DNA from: Thiohalomonadaceae bacterium
GTDB lineage: Bacteria; Pseudomonadota; Gammaproteobacteria; Thiohalomonadales; Thiohalomonadaceae
Reading direction: 5' to 3'
DNA length: 37,076 bases
Assembly: GCA_041555695.1 (NCBI GenBank)
Contig: JBFFJV010000001.1
Span: 1-37,076, forward strand
Under the pieces are notes generated by a model. The model had not been told where the DNA came from and did no database searches. It saw nothing but the letters and a program-made list of their open reading frames with translations. Shown one piece after another: positions 17,650 to 27,941 of this stretch. Each line of letters opens with the position of its first letter. Position 1 is the stretch's first letter. The position numbers and the translations under genes were made by a program.

Positions 17650-19551
17650 ATGCTTCAGATTATTCGAGATCGCGCCCAGGGCGTATTTGCCTGGATTATC
17701 GTTGGAATGATTTCCATCCCCTTTGCCCTGTGGGGTATTAACTCCTATTTCGGTGGTGGGGGCGATGACAGCATTGCCGAGGTGGACGGTGTCAAGATTT
17801 CACCGCGTCAGTTGCAAAGCGCCTATCAGCAACAGCGTGATCGTCTGCAGCAGATGTTCGGCGGTAAGATTCCTGAGAACCTTTTCTCTGAAGAGGTGAT
17901 GAAGAGTCAGATCCTTGAACAGCTGATCGAAAAAGAAGTGTTAATCAAGGCCGCGACCGATAACGGTATGCGTGTCGGTAACCAACAGCTGGCCACGCTG
18001 ATTACCGGTATTGATGCCTTCGAGCTTGATGGGAAATTTAATACCGAACAGTACGAGCGGGTACTGGCGCAACAGGGGATGTCGCCGCGTCTGTTCGAGC
18101 AGCGTGTGCGCCGCGACCTGATTGCCAGTCAGCTCACAGATGCGGTGGTTAGCACTGAATTCACGCCCGATAGCGAGATTGATGCTCTGTTGAGCCTGCA
18201 GCAGCAGCAACGTGATATCGGCTACATGATTGTCCCGGTTAAAAAATTCGAGCAGGGAATTGAGGTTTCTAGCGAAGAGGTGCGTGTTTATTACGAGGCT
18301 AACAGTGCTCGTTACATGCAGCCTGAGCAGGTTAAGGTCGACTACCTGGAAATTAAAGCTGCAGATATGGCCGCTGATATCGTGGTGGAAGAGGCGGAAA
18401 TACGTCAGCGCTACGAGTCGCAAAAGCTCAATTTTCGCACGGCAGAAGAGCGTCAGGCCCGTCATATCCTGATTCAGGTTAGTAGCAGTGCTGCGGAAAA
18501 CGAGGTGAACGAAGCTCAGGGCCGAGCTGAGGCGCTGCTGCAGCGTATTAACAGCGGTGAGGATTTTGCCGAACTGGCTATTGCTGAGTCTCAGGATCCC
18601 GGCTCTGCTAAAAATGGTGGCGACCTCGGTTTCTTCGGTAAGGGCGTGATGGATAAGGCCTTTGAAGAGGCCACCTTTGCTCTGCAAAAGGGTGAGGTGA
18701 GTGGTGTAGTACGTAGCGCCTTTGGTTTCCATATCATTAAGCTGGAAGATATCAAGGGTGGGGAAACCAAACCCTATGAGCAAGTGGCTGCCGAGCTGAA
18801 AACTGAGATACAGAACGAGCGGGCTGCCGAGATTTTCTTCGACAAGGCAGAACAACTTGCCAGCCTCACTTACGAACAGCCTGATACGCTTAGCATTGCC
18901 GCTGAGCAGCTGGAACTCAAAGTTCATAGCAGTGACTACTTTACGCGTGGTGGCGGTGCAGGTATCGCTACCGAGCCAAAGGTATCGGCAGCAGCCTTTA
19001 ATGAGGATGTGCTGGTCCGTGGTAATAACAGTGAGACCATTGAGCTGGGAGATAACCATCTAGTGGTACTGCGGATTAATGACCACAAGCCAGAGGCATT
19101 ACGCCCCTTTGAGGAAGTAAGCGGCGAGATCGAGAGTACGCTGAAGCGTGATAAGGCCGTGGCCAAAACCCTGGAACACGCCACTGCACTGTTCGCCAAA
19201 CTCCAGGCGGGTGAGAGTGCCGAGACTGTGGCCACCTCTAACCAGCTGGAGTGGAAGCAGCAGACCGGTATGAAGCGTGATAGTACTGAGGTGGATCGTG
19301 CCATCGTGCAGGCTGTTTTCCGTATGCCGCATCCAACGGAGGGGAGCTTGAGTCGTGAGCAGCTGTCTCTAGCGGGCGGTGATCAGGCGCTGGTTGTCGT
19401 TGATGGAGTTAAGGCCGCTGATGTTACTGCTGTCGAGGCCTCGGCGCGTAGTGATGCTGAGCAGCGAATTGAGCGGGCTAACGCCAATGCCGCTGAGCAG
19501 GCACTGATTGCTGGGTTGCGTGAGCGCGCGGAGATCACCACCAGGCAGTAA
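17650..19551 (+). CDS. ppiD: Periplasmic chaperone / peptidyl-prolyl isomerase PpiD
   Basis: N-terminal anchor (MLQIIRDRAQGVFAWIIVGMISIPFALWG), a parvulin-type rotamase segment (ARHILI...GGDLGFFGKGVMDKAFEEA...SAFGFHIIKLED), and the conserved position after hupB. Confidence 0.93.
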   Translation: MLQIIRDRAQGVFAWIIVGMISIPFALWGINSYFGGGGDDSIAEVDGVKISPRQLQSAYQQQRDRLQQMFGGKIPENLFSEEVMKSQILEQLIEKEVLIKAATDNGMRVGNQQLATLITGIDAFELDGKFNTEQYERVLAQQGMSPRLFEQRVRRDLIASQLTDAVVSTEFTPDSEIDALLSLQQQQRDIGYMIVPVKKFEQGIEVSSEEVRVYYEANSARYMQPEQVKVDYLEIKAADMAADIVVEEAEIRQRYESQKLNFRTAEERQARHILIQVSSSAAENEVNEAQGRAEALLQRINSGEDFAELAIAESQDPGSAKNGGDLGFFGKGVMDKAFEEATFALQKGEVSGVVRSAFGFHIIKLEDIKGGETKPYEQVAAELKTEIQNERAAEIFFDKAEQLASLTYEQPDTLSIAAEQLELKVHSSDYFTRGGGAGIATEPKVSAAAFNEDVLVRGNNSETIELGDNHLVVLRINDHKPEALRPFEEVSGEIESTLKRDKAVAKTLEHATALFAKLQAGESAETVATSNQLEWKQQTGMKRDSTEVDRAIVQAVFRMPHPTEGSLSREQLSLAGGDQALVVVDGVKAADVTAVEASARSDAEQRIERANANAAEQALIAGLRERAEITTRQ

Positions 19552-19581
19552 ACCGCGGGAAATAGGGAAGGGGGTGATACG

Positions 19582-20856
19582 ATGCTTAAGTTAAAACTTC
19601 ACTGGCAAATACTGATCGCCCTGGCCCTTGCGGTTGTCGCAGGGCTAGCAAGCGGCAAGGATGCCGGACTGTTCGGTATCACCTTCTATTCTATCTACGA
19701 GTTCTTTGGTCAGCTGTTTCTCAATGCGCTGAAGATGCTCATCGTACCGTTAATCGTCTCCTCCATTATCGTCGGTATTGCCGGTATAGGCAGTTCCGGT
19801 GCACTGGGACGACTGGGCGGCAAAACCCTGCTCTATTATGCCACCACCAGCCTGTTTGCCATTCTGGTCGGTTTAGCCGTGGTCAATGTGATTCAACCCG
19901 GTGTTGATGAGTTGGGTCCGGTTAAGGATCGTATTGGCTTCAGTGCTGATACCTCCAGCATTGAAGCCAAGGTAGAGGGTAGGGGGGCTGGTGATATCGT
20001 TGATATCTTCCTGCGCATGGTGCCGACCAATATCGTCGCCGCTGCTGCCAACGGCCAGATGCTGGGCCTCATCTTCTTTAGCCTGCTATTCGGCTTTTTC
20101 ATGACGAAGATTCAGGAGGATTACGCCGAAACGCAGTACAACTTCTGGCAGGGCATATACGAGACGATGATGCGTATCACCGACTGGGTGATGCTCTTCG
20201 CTCCGCTTGGCGTGTTTGCCCTGGTTGCCAAAGTGGTAGCCACGACCGGCTTTGATGCCTTCCAGCCGTTGCTCTGGTTTTTCCTTAGTGTGGTGTTAGC
20301 GTTGGCTGTTCACTTCTTCATTACCATGCCGCTACTGCTGCGTTTTGTCGCCGGGGTTAACCCGTTGCGACACTACCGTGCTATGGCCCCGGCACTTCTG
20401 ACCTCATTCTCTACTGCCTCCTCATCGGCAACACTGCCGATCACCATGGAGTGCGTGGAGAAGAATGCCGGGGTTTCCAATCGCACCAGCTCCTTTGTGC
20501 TGCCATTGGGGGCCACGGTGAATATGGACGGTACCGCGTTATACGAATGTGTTGCCGCCATGTTTATCGCCCAGGCCTATGGTATTGAGCTGGGCTTTGC
20601 CACCCAGTTCACCATCGTCATGGTGGCGTTGTTGACCTCCATCGGTGTGGCCGGTATCCCGGCGGCCAGTCTGGTGGCGATCTCTATTATTCTGGCGACA
20701 ATCGGTCTTCCTGCCGAAGGGATCGGACTTATTCTCGCTGTCGACCGCATTCTCGATATGATGCGCACCTCTACTAACGTCTTCTCCGACTCCTGTGGTG
20801 CGGTGATTATCGGCAAGCTGCAGGGAGAGCAGGGGATACTTGCGGATAAGAGCTAG
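19582..20856 (+). CDS. Dicarboxylate/amino acid:cation symporter (DAACS, GltP/DctA-like)
   Basis: A 424-aa polytopic protein with SDF-family motifs (FSTASSSATLP, LGATVNMDGTALYE, AAGIPAASLV, VDRILDMMRT.NV..D). Confidence 0.9.
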   Translation: MLKLKLHWQILIALALAVVAGLASGKDAGLFGITFYSIYEFFGQLFLNALKMLIVPLIVSSIIVGIAGIGSSGALGRLGGKTLLYYATTSLFAILVGLAVVNVIQPGVDELGPVKDRIGFSADTSSIEAKVEGRGAGDIVDIFLRMVPTNIVAAAANGQMLGLIFFSLLFGFFMTKIQEDYAETQYNFWQGIYETMMRITDWVMLFAPLGVFALVAKVVATTGFDAFQPLLWFFLSVVLALAVHFFITMPLLLRFVAGVNPLRHYRAMAPALLTSFSTASSSATLPITMECVEKNAGVSNRTSSFVLPLGATVNMDGTALYECVAAMFIAQAYGIELGFATQFTIVMVALLTSIGVAGIPAASLVAISIILATIGLPAEGIGLILAVDRILDMMRTSTNVFSDSCGAVIIGKLQGEQGILADKS

Positions 20857-20898
20857 AGGCTTAGGAATCGGTCTATGCGCTTGAGTAAAGGCAATGGG

Positions 20899-21204
20899 AT
20901 GAAAAAAAATATCGTTCATTATGCCGCATTGACAGTTTTACTGAATCTCGCCTGCATTGCCTCTGTGCAGTCCGCTGATGCCTTTCTTCAGGCTGATGAG
21001 GCGGTGGCGGATATCCTTTTTGATTATGACTTCGGCGCCTCTTTTGCGACATACTCGGTTAACGATAGTGGCTTTGTTAGCATCTCATTTGCGCGAAATA
21101 TGCCGGATGCGCTTTACAGTGAAATCCTTGGCCAACTGAAAAATCATTCTCAAATTAAAGGGGTTCTGGCCGGTAAGAGCGCACCACCATGTAATGCATG
21201 GTAA
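20899..21204 (+). CDS. Small secreted hypothetical protein
   Basis: MKKNIVHYAALTVLLNLACIASVQSADA looks like a Sec signal peptide. I recognise no family. The ORF fills the gap between flanking same-strand genes. I chose the ATG at 20899; the ORF track starts at 20875. Confidence 0.5.
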   Translation: MKKNIVHYAALTVLLNLACIASVQSADAFLQADEAVADILFDYDFGASFATYSVNDSGFVSISFARNMPDALYSEILGQLKNHSQIKGVLAGKSAPPCNAW

Positions 21205-21284
21205 GTGTACGGGACATCATTGAAGATGCACATTAAGCTAATCTTTTCGCTTTCAAACCATAGCCATTGCCACAGTTGAATTGT

Positions 21285-23087
21285 ATGAAATTATTTGTAC
21301 TAGCAGCATGTACCGTTATTAGCCTGTTGAGTGTAGTGAGCAGCTACGCTGCCAGCTCTCAGGCCATGGGTTATACGCCCAGGTATGCTGATAATTTTTC
21401 CCACTTCGATTACGTCAATCCTGATGCCCCCAGGGGTGGTGAACTGGTGCTTTCCGGTTTCGGCAGTTTCGATAATTTGAATCCATTCATCCTCAAGGGA
21501 GTGTCGGCCGATGGTCTTGGCAGCCTGATGTTTGAGTCACTGATGCTGAAGAGTCTGGATGAGCCCTTTAGTCAGTACGGCCTGCTGGCCGAGGATGCTG
21601 TACTGGCCGATGATAAATTGTCGGTGACCTTTCGTCTTCGCAAGGAGGCGCGCTTTAATGACGGCACACCGGTAACAGCGGCAGATGTGAAGTTCTCCTT
21701 TGACACGCAGAAGAGCGATAAGGGACATCCGCAGTATCGCTTCTACTATGCAGATATTGAGCGTGCCGTGGTGGTGGATGAACGCACGGTGCGTTTTGAA
21801 TTTTCCCGGGTTAACCCCGAGCTGCACCTGATTGCCGGAGAAATCACCATCTTCTCGCGCAGCTGGGTGGGGGATAACAGCTTTGATAAGGTGGCGATGG
21901 ATATGCCTATCAGCAGCGGTCCCTATATCATCGAAAAGTTCGATCTAGGTAAGAATATCACCTATCGCCGTAACCCCGACTACTGGGGTAATGATCTCAA
22001 TGTACGCCGCGGTATGTTTAATTTCGAACGGGTTACCTACAAATATTATCGTGATTTCACTGTGGCACTTGAGGCATTCAAGGCCGGCGAGTTTGAATTT
22101 ATCCTTGAGAATAACTCGAAGAAATGGGCTCGGGACTATGTCGGGCCCAAGTTCCGCAAGGGGCTGATCACCAAGACCCAGCTTAAGCACGCTAACAACG
22201 CCGGGATGCAGGGCTTTGTCTTCAATCTGCGCCGCCCGCTATTTCAGGATAAACGGGTACGCAAGGCGATCAGTCTGGCGCTCGATTTCGACTGGTCAAA
22301 CCGCCAGCTCTTCTACAACCAGTATGAGCGTTGCGACAGCTACTTCAGTAATAGCGAGCTGGCGGCACGTGGCCTGCCTCAGGGGGAGGAGCTGGCGCTA
22401 CTAGAGCCGTTTCGTGACCAGTTGCCAGCAGAGCTCTTTACCTCCGAGTGGCGGCCGCCGAGCACCACGCCTCCGGCCAGCCTGCGTGCCAATCTGCGCC
22501 AGGCAAAGGCACTGCTTACTGAGGCGGGCTGGTCATATAGTGACGGTGCACTACGCAATGCGAAGGGCGAGCCTTTTCGTTTCGACGTGGTGCTGGCACA
22601 AAAGGGATTTGAGCGCATCCTTGCCCCCTTTGCACGAAATCTTGGCAAGTTGGGGATTCATGTCGATTACCGTACCGTAGACACCGCACTCTATAAGCGG
22701 CGTATGGATGAGTTCGATTTCGATATGGTGGTCTCCAGTTTCGGTGCGTCGCAGTCACCGGGTAATGAGCTGATGAGCGTGTTTCATTCCTCGTCGGCCG
22801 AACAGAAGGGGACGCGTAATCTGTTTGGACTCAAGGACCCGGTGGTCGATGCCATGGTAGAGAATGTGATCTACGCCACTGACCGTGCCTCTCTGGTGAC
22901 CGCCGTCCATGCACTCGACCGGGTGCTGCAGCACGGCGAATACCTGGTACCGCACTGGTACATAGGCACCCATCGCGTTGCCTACTGGAGTGGCCGTTTC
23001 GGTCAGCCTGAGACCATGCCGCTTTATTATAGTGCGGAGGAGCTGGTGCTCTCCACCTGGTGGGATATAGAGGATAGGAGTAACTAA
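21285..23087 (+). CDS. yejA: Family-5 ABC substrate-binding protein, YejA-like
   Basis: About 600 aa with a signal peptide (MKLFVLAACTVISLLSVVSSYAA). SBP_bac_5-type sequence is followed by yejB/E/F-like genes in the E. coli order. Confidence 0.85.
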   Translation: MKLFVLAACTVISLLSVVSSYAASSQAMGYTPRYADNFSHFDYVNPDAPRGGELVLSGFGSFDNLNPFILKGVSADGLGSLMFESLMLKSLDEPFSQYGLLAEDAVLADDKLSVTFRLRKEARFNDGTPVTAADVKFSFDTQKSDKGHPQYRFYYADIERAVVVDERTVRFEFSRVNPELHLIAGEITIFSRSWVGDNSFDKVAMDMPISSGPYIIEKFDLGKNITYRRNPDYWGNDLNVRRGMFNFERVTYKYYRDFTVALEAFKAGEFEFILENNSKKWARDYVGPKFRKGLITKTQLKHANNAGMQGFVFNLRRPLFQDKRVRKAISLALDFDWSNRQLFYNQYERCDSYFSNSELAARGLPQGEELALLEPFRDQLPAELFTSEWRPPSTTPPASLRANLRQAKALLTEAGWSYSDGALRNAKGEPFRFDVVLAQKGFERILAPFARNLGKLGIHVDYRTVDTALYKRRMDEFDFDMVVSSFGASQSPGNELMSVFHSSSAEQKGTRNLFGLKDPVVDAMVENVIYATDRASLVTAVHALDRVLQHGEYLVPHWYIGTHRVAYWSGRFGQPETMPLYYSAEELVLSTWWDIEDRSN

Positions 23088-23089
23088 CC

Positions 23090-24145
23090 ATGGCCGCCTA
23101 TATTCTCAAACGTTTGTTGCTGATGATTCCGACCCTGCTCGGGGTGCTGCTCATTACCTTTGCGGTGATCCAGTTTGTGCCGGGGGGACCGGTGGAACAG
23201 CTGGTGGCGCAGCTGCAGGGGCAGGGGAGTCACGGTGAGGCAAGCAGTGGTGTGCAGGGACTCTATCGTGGTGCCAGGGGACTGGATGAAGAACGTCTTA
23301 ATGAGTTAAAGGCCTACTACGGTTTTGACAAGCCGGCGTGGCAGCGTTTTGTCGAGATGCTGGGTAACTACATTTCCTTCGATTTGGGAGAGAGTTACTT
23401 TCACCAGAAGTCAGTGCTGGAGCTGATTATCGATAAACTGCCGGTCTCCATCAGCCTCGGTATGTGGACCTTCTTCCTGACCTACCTTACCTGCATTCCC
23501 CTGGGGATCGCCAAGGCGGTGCGTGATGGCACCCCCTTTGATGTGATCACCAGCACCCTGATCCTGATCGGCTATGCCATCCCCGGTTTCGTGCTCGGTA
23601 TCGCTCTGCTGGTACTGTTTGGTGGTGGAAGCTTCTGGGAGCTCTTTCCGCTACGCGGCCTGACATCAGATAACTGGGAGCAGCTCTCCTGGTTCAGTAA
23701 GATCACCGACTACCTGTGGCATATGGTGTTGCCCGTTACCGCCATGGTGGTGGGGAATTTTGCGGTGATGACGATGCTTACCAAGAACAGTTTTATTGAG
23801 GAGCTGCGTAAGCAGTATGTACTCACAGCCCGCGCCAAAGGTCTTGGTGAAAATGCGGTCATGTATAAGCACGTGTTTCGTAATGCCATTATTCCGTTGA
23901 TCACCGGTTTTCCGGGTGCCTTTATTGGTGCCTTTTTCACCGGCTCGCTATTGATTGAGACCATCTTCTCACTCGATGGCCTGGGTCTGCTCTCCTACGA
24001 TGCGGTGATGAAGCGTGACTATCCGGTGGTGATGGGTTCGCTCTATCTGTTTACCCTGCTGGGACTGCTTGCCAAGCTGTTGACCGATATTAGTTATGTG
24101 CTGATCGACCCGCGTATTCAGTTCGAATCGGTGGGGAATCGCTGA
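23090..24145 (+). CDS. yejB: ABC permease, YejB-like
   Basis: The N-terminus MAAYILKRLLLMIPTLLGVLLITFAVIQFVPGGPVEQ matches the YejB/DppB pattern. It also has an EAA-loop region (TARAKGL.E..V..KHVFRNA). Confidence 0.88.
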   Translation: MAAYILKRLLLMIPTLLGVLLITFAVIQFVPGGPVEQLVAQLQGQGSHGEASSGVQGLYRGARGLDEERLNELKAYYGFDKPAWQRFVEMLGNYISFDLGESYFHQKSVLELIIDKLPVSISLGMWTFFLTYLTCIPLGIAKAVRDGTPFDVITSTLILIGYAIPGFVLGIALLVLFGGGSFWELFPLRGLTSDNWEQLSWFSKITDYLWHMVLPVTAMVVGNFAVMTMLTKNSFIEELRKQYVLTARAKGLGENAVMYKHVFRNAIIPLITGFPGAFIGAFFTGSLLIETIFSLDGLGLLSYDAVMKRDYPVVMGSLYLFTLLGLLAKLLTDISYVLIDPRIQFESVGNR

Positions 24146-25188
24146 TGACAACCGAGGTGCAAGCAACTCGCTCGATGACTGGATCGGCCCGGGCCTGGCG
24201 ACGCTTTAAGGCGAACAAGCGCGGTTATGTCAGCCTGTGGATCTTCTCTGCTCTTTTTCTCCTCAGCCTGTTTGCCGAGGTATTGTCCAATGACAGGCCG
24301 CTGCTTGTTCATTATCAGGGGGAGTACTATTTCCCGTTGGTTAAGACTTATCCTGAGACAGCGTTCGGTGGCGACTTTGTTACCGAGACCGATTACCTCG
24401 ACCCCTTTATTAAAGATCAGTTAACGAGTGGAGGGAACTGGGCGCTCTATCCGCTTAATCCCTATCACTACAACACCATCAACTATTTTGCCGAGTCACC
24501 TAATCCGGCTGCACCATCGAATCAGAATGTTCTGGGTACCGATGACCGCGGACGTGATGTGATGGCAAGATTGATCTACGGCTTTCGCCTGTCGGTACTA
24601 TTTGCCTTTGCGCTGACGGTGGTGGGTATCTTTATTGGTATCGTCGCCGGGGCGATACAGGGCTACTTTGGTGGCCGCGTTGATCTCTTTACACAGCGGA
24701 TCATTGAGATCTGGGGCTCAATGCCGGAGCTCTATCTGTTGATTATTTTCGCTTCGATCTTTAATCCCAGCGTGACCCTGTTGATCGTGCTGCTATCGCT
24801 GTTCGGCTGGATGGGGCTGGCAGACTATGTACGTGCCGAATTCCTCAAGGGGCGTAATATGGATTATGTGACGGCGGCGCGGGCACTCGGCCTCTCCAAT
24901 CGTCGCATTATGTGGCGTCATCTGTTGCCGAATTCCATGACCCCGGTGATCACCTTTCTGCCGTTCCGTATTAGCGGCTCGATTCTGGCTCTCACCAGTC
25001 TCGATTTTCTGGGGCTAGGCGTACCACCCAGCACGCCGAGCATTGGGGAGTTGCTGGCACAGGGCAAGGAGAATATCGAGGCGTGGTGGCTTTCGCTCAC
25101 TACCTTTACGGTATTGGTCGGAACCTTGATGTTGTTGATCTTTATCGGCGAAGCGCTTCGTGAAGCAATGGATACGAGGAAGGGATGA
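24145..25188 (+). CDS. yejE: ABC permease, YejE-like
   Basis: The ATG overlaps the yejB TGA. DppC/YejE-like features: LGTDDRGRDV, and an EAA loop YVTAARALGLSNRRIMWRHLLPN. Confidence 0.88.
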   Translation: MTTEVQATRSMTGSARAWRRFKANKRGYVSLWIFSALFLLSLFAEVLSNDRPLLVHYQGEYYFPLVKTYPETAFGGDFVTETDYLDPFIKDQLTSGGNWALYPLNPYHYNTINYFAESPNPAAPSNQNVLGTDDRGRDVMARLIYGFRLSVLFAFALTVVGIFIGIVAGAIQGYFGGRVDLFTQRIIEIWGSMPELYLLIIFASIFNPSVTLLIVLLSLFGWMGLADYVRAEFLKGRNMDYVTAARALGLSNRRIMWRHLLPNSMTPVITFLPFRISGSILALTSLDFLGLGVPPSTPSIGELLAQGKENIEAWWLSLTTFTVLVGTLMLLIFIGEALREAMDTRKG

Positions 25189-26810
25189 TGGGCACAACTC
25201 CGTTACTCGAAATAGAGAACCTCTCGGTTGCCTTTGGCCATGCCGGAGAACGTGTTGCGGTGGTCGAAGGCGTGAGTTTTTCTATGCAACCGGGTGAGAA
25301 ACTTGCGCTGGTGGGAGAGTCGGGTTCCGGTAAATCGGTAACGGCATTCTCGGTACTGCAGCTGCATGAGCGTGCTCAAACGGAATATCCGAGCGGCGCT
25401 ATTCGCTTTAACGGTGAAGAGTTGTTGCAGCGCGATGAGACGGGAATGCGGGGTATTCGCGGTCGCGATATCGCGATGATCTTTCAGGAACCGATGACGG
25501 CGCTCAATCCGGTCTATCCCATCGGTGAGCAGCTGATGGAGCCGCTGTTATTGCATGAGGCGCTGGATCGGAATGCTGCAAGGTTACAGGTGATCGAGTT
25601 GTTGCGGCGGGTCGGCATCGCCGATGCGCAGAGCCGTTTTGATGCCTTCCCCCATATGCTCTCTGGCGGGCAACGACAGCGGGTGATGATCGCCATGGCA
25701 CTGGCCTGTCGACCGAAGCTGCTGATTGCGGATGAGCCGACGACGGCACTTGATGTGACGATACAGAAACAGATCCTCGAACTGCTCGATGAGTTGCAGC
25801 ATGAATTTGGCATGGCTGTGTTGTTGATCACCCACGACTTAAATATGGTACGTCACTTTGCCGATACCCTCTGCGTGATGGAGAAGGGGCGGCTGGTGGA
25901 GCAGGGGGAGGTGCAGAGGGTATTCGCTGCACCGCAACACCCCTATACCCAAAAACTGCTCGCCTCGGAGCCTGAGCCACTGGTTAGTAGTGATGAGCTG
26001 GGGGAGTTTGAGCGCCAGCGGCCGCTACTCGACGGTAACAACGTGCAGTGCATTTTTCCTATCAAGTCCGGTTTTTTCCGCCGCACTATCGGTGAGGTAC
26101 GAGCGGTGGACGGTGTTGATATCCATATTCGTCCCGGCGAGACCCTGGGTATTGTGGGTGAGTCCGGTTCGGGTAAGACCACCCTGGGCATGAGCCTGTT
26201 GCGGCTGCAGCAGAGTCAGGGCAGGACACACTTTAACGGCGAGCGTATCGATCTGCTGAGTGAGCGGGAGTTGCGTCCACTGCGCAAGGATATGCAGGTG
26301 GTGTTTCAGGACCCCTTCTCCTCGCTGTCACCGCGAATGACGGTAGAGCAGATCGTCGGAGAGGGGCTGGCGCTGCACTTCCCTGAATTTAGCCGTGAGG
26401 AGCGTCTGGCGCGCATTATTCGAGGACTCGAAGAGGTGGGGCTGGATGAGTCCATGTTGCATCGCTACCCCCACGAGTTCTCCGGTGGACAGCGTCAACG
26501 CATCGCCATTGCCCGGGTCGTTGTTCTGGAGCCTAAGCTTGTGTTGCTGGATGAGCCGACCAGTGCGCTCGATATCTCAGTACAAAAGCAGGTGCTGGCG
26601 CTGTTGCGAGATCTACAGTTGCGTCACGGCATGAGTTATCTCTTTATTACCCATGACCTCAAAGTCATTCGCTCAGTCGCTCACCGTGTGCTGGTAATGA
26701 AGCAGGGGCGGGTGGTGGAGCAGGGGGATACGGAGAAATTATTTACCTCTCCGGAACACCCGTATACCGAAACGCTGTTGCAGGCGGCACTGTTCCGCGA
26801 GGTGGTTTGA
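25185..26810 (+). CDS. yejF: Double-cassette ABC ATPase, YejF-like
   Basis: There are two complete ABC cassettes: GESGSGKS / LSGGQRQR / [11 protein letters not shown], and GESGSGKTT / FSGGQRQR / [10 protein letters not shown]. The start overlaps the yejE stop. Confidence 0.9.
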   Translation: MMGTTPLLEIENLSVAFGHAGERVAVVEGVSFSMQPGEKLALVGESGSGKSVTAFSVLQLHERAQTEYPSGAIRFNGEELLQRDETGMRGIRGRDIAMIFQEPMTALNPVYPIGEQLMEPLLLHEALDRNAARLQVIELLRRVGIADAQSRFDAFPHMLSGGQRQRVMIAMALACRPKLLIADEPTTALDVTIQKQILELLDELQHEFGMAVLLITHDLNMVRHFADTLCVMEKGRLVEQGEVQRVFAAPQHPYTQKLLASEPEPLVSSDELGEFERQRPLLDGNNVQCIFPIKSGFFRRTIGEVRAVDGVDIHIRPGETLGIVGESGSGKTTLGMSLLRLQQSQGRTHFNGERIDLLSERELRPLRKDMQVVFQDPFSSLSPRMTVEQIVGEGLALHFPEFSREERLARIIRGLEEVGLDESMLHRYPHEFSGGQRQRIAIARVVVLEPKLVLLDEPTSALDISVQKQVLALLRDLQLRHGMSYLFITHDLKVIRSVAHRVLVMKQGRVVEQGDTEKLFTSPEHPYTETLLQAALFREVV

Positions 26811-27199
26811 TGGAGTGGACGAAATATATCCCCCTGGTATTGATCGCATTGATGACACTGTTGCAGCTCTATATCCGCTTCTCTGCCCGTTTTATGAAGG
26901 GTAAGCCCTTGCCTGAGCTGCAGGGTGTGGTCGATGCGTCGCTGCTTGGTGGCGATAAGCTGGTGCTCTATTTTTCCAGTGAATATTGTCAGCCCTGCAA
27001 GGAGATGGCTCCCATGATCAATAGGCTCGTCTCTGAGTTGGGGAATCTGGTAAAGCTCGACGCCCTGGAGCATGGTGAGCTGGCGACCAAACTGCATGCC
27101 CGTGGAGCCCCCGCCTTCGTCTTTGTTGAACAGGCGAAGGTTGCCGGTGTGCATCTGGGCTCTCTCACTGAGGCACAACTGCGCAGCCATTTGGTGTAA
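26810..27199 (+). CDS. Membrane-anchored thioredoxin-like protein (CQPC motif)
   Basis: An N-terminal TM helix (YIPLVLIALMTLLQLYI) followed by a thioredoxin-fold-like segment LVLYFSSEYCQPCKEMAP. The ATG overlaps the yejF TGA (TGATG). Confidence 0.7.
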   Translation: MEWTKYIPLVLIALMTLLQLYIRFSARFMKGKPLPELQGVVDASLLGGDKLVLYFSSEYCQPCKEMAPMINRLVSELGNLVKLDALEHGELATKLHARGAPAFVFVEQAKVAGVHLGSLTEAQLRSHLV

Positions 27200-27205
27200 C
27201 TGACC

Positions 27206-27934
27206 GTGAGTATCGATTACTCTATTATCGTTCCCGCCTATAACGAGGAACAGTGGCTACCCGCGACGCTGGATGCCTTAAATCAGGCAATGTCGAAAAC
27301 CGCCCTGGGTGGGGAGTTGATCGTGGTTGATAATAACTCCAGTGATGCCACTGCAAGAGTAGCGGAGGAGGCGGGCGCAAGGGTGGTGTTTGAGAGAATC
27401 AATCAAATATCCCGTGCCCGCAATGCCGGGGCCAGGGTTGCGATGGGGCGCTACCTTATCTTTGTTGATGCCGACACCCTTATCTCTTGTGAGCTAATAC
27501 AGCAGGCGCTGGACAATCTTGCCGCCAACTGTTGCGGCGGTGGGGTGCGGGTCGAGTTTGATCAGGAGCTGCGATTGGACGTGCGTTTCGGCCTTGCTGC
27601 ATGGAATGCGCTCTCTCGCAACCGGCGCTGGGCCGCAGGCTGTTTTGTCTATGCACGCCGCGAGGGCTTTGAGGCGGTCGGTGGTTTTAGCGAAAAGGTC
27701 TATGCCAGTGAAGAGATCTGGTTCTCCCGCGCGATGAAGCGGTGGGGACGTAGAGAAAAACAAAAGCTGCAATTCTGTATTATTGATAATCCTGCGGCGG
27801 TATCATCCGGGCGCAAGCTGGAATGGTTCAGCACCGGGAAACAGATTGGGCTGCTATTGATGTGCCTTTTTTTGCCCTTCTTTGTTCACTATAAAAAACT
27901 GTGTGGCTTCTGGTACAGACGCCCCAAGGAGTAA
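27206..27934 (+). CDS. Family 2 glycosyltransferase
   Basis: YSIIVPAYNEEQWL, LIVVDNNSSDAT, RNAGA and FVDADT (DxD) are classic GT2 motifs. GTG start. The C-terminus is hydrophobic. Confidence 0.85.
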   Translation: MSIDYSIIVPAYNEEQWLPATLDALNQAMSKTALGGELIVVDNNSSDATARVAEEAGARVVFERINQISRARNAGARVAMGRYLIFVDADTLISCELIQQALDNLAANCCGGGVRVEFDQELRLDVRFGLAAWNALSRNRRWAAGCFVYARREGFEAVGGFSEKVYASEEIWFSRAMKRWGRREKQKLQFCIIDNPAAVSSGRKLEWFSTGKQIGLLLMCLFLPFFVHYKKLCGFWYRRPKE

Positions 27935-27941
27935 TTGATTT

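Noticed and set aside
17941-19059. 372-aa minus-strand ORF
   Set aside because: It is antisense to ppiD and has no motifs, so I treat it as a shadow ORF.
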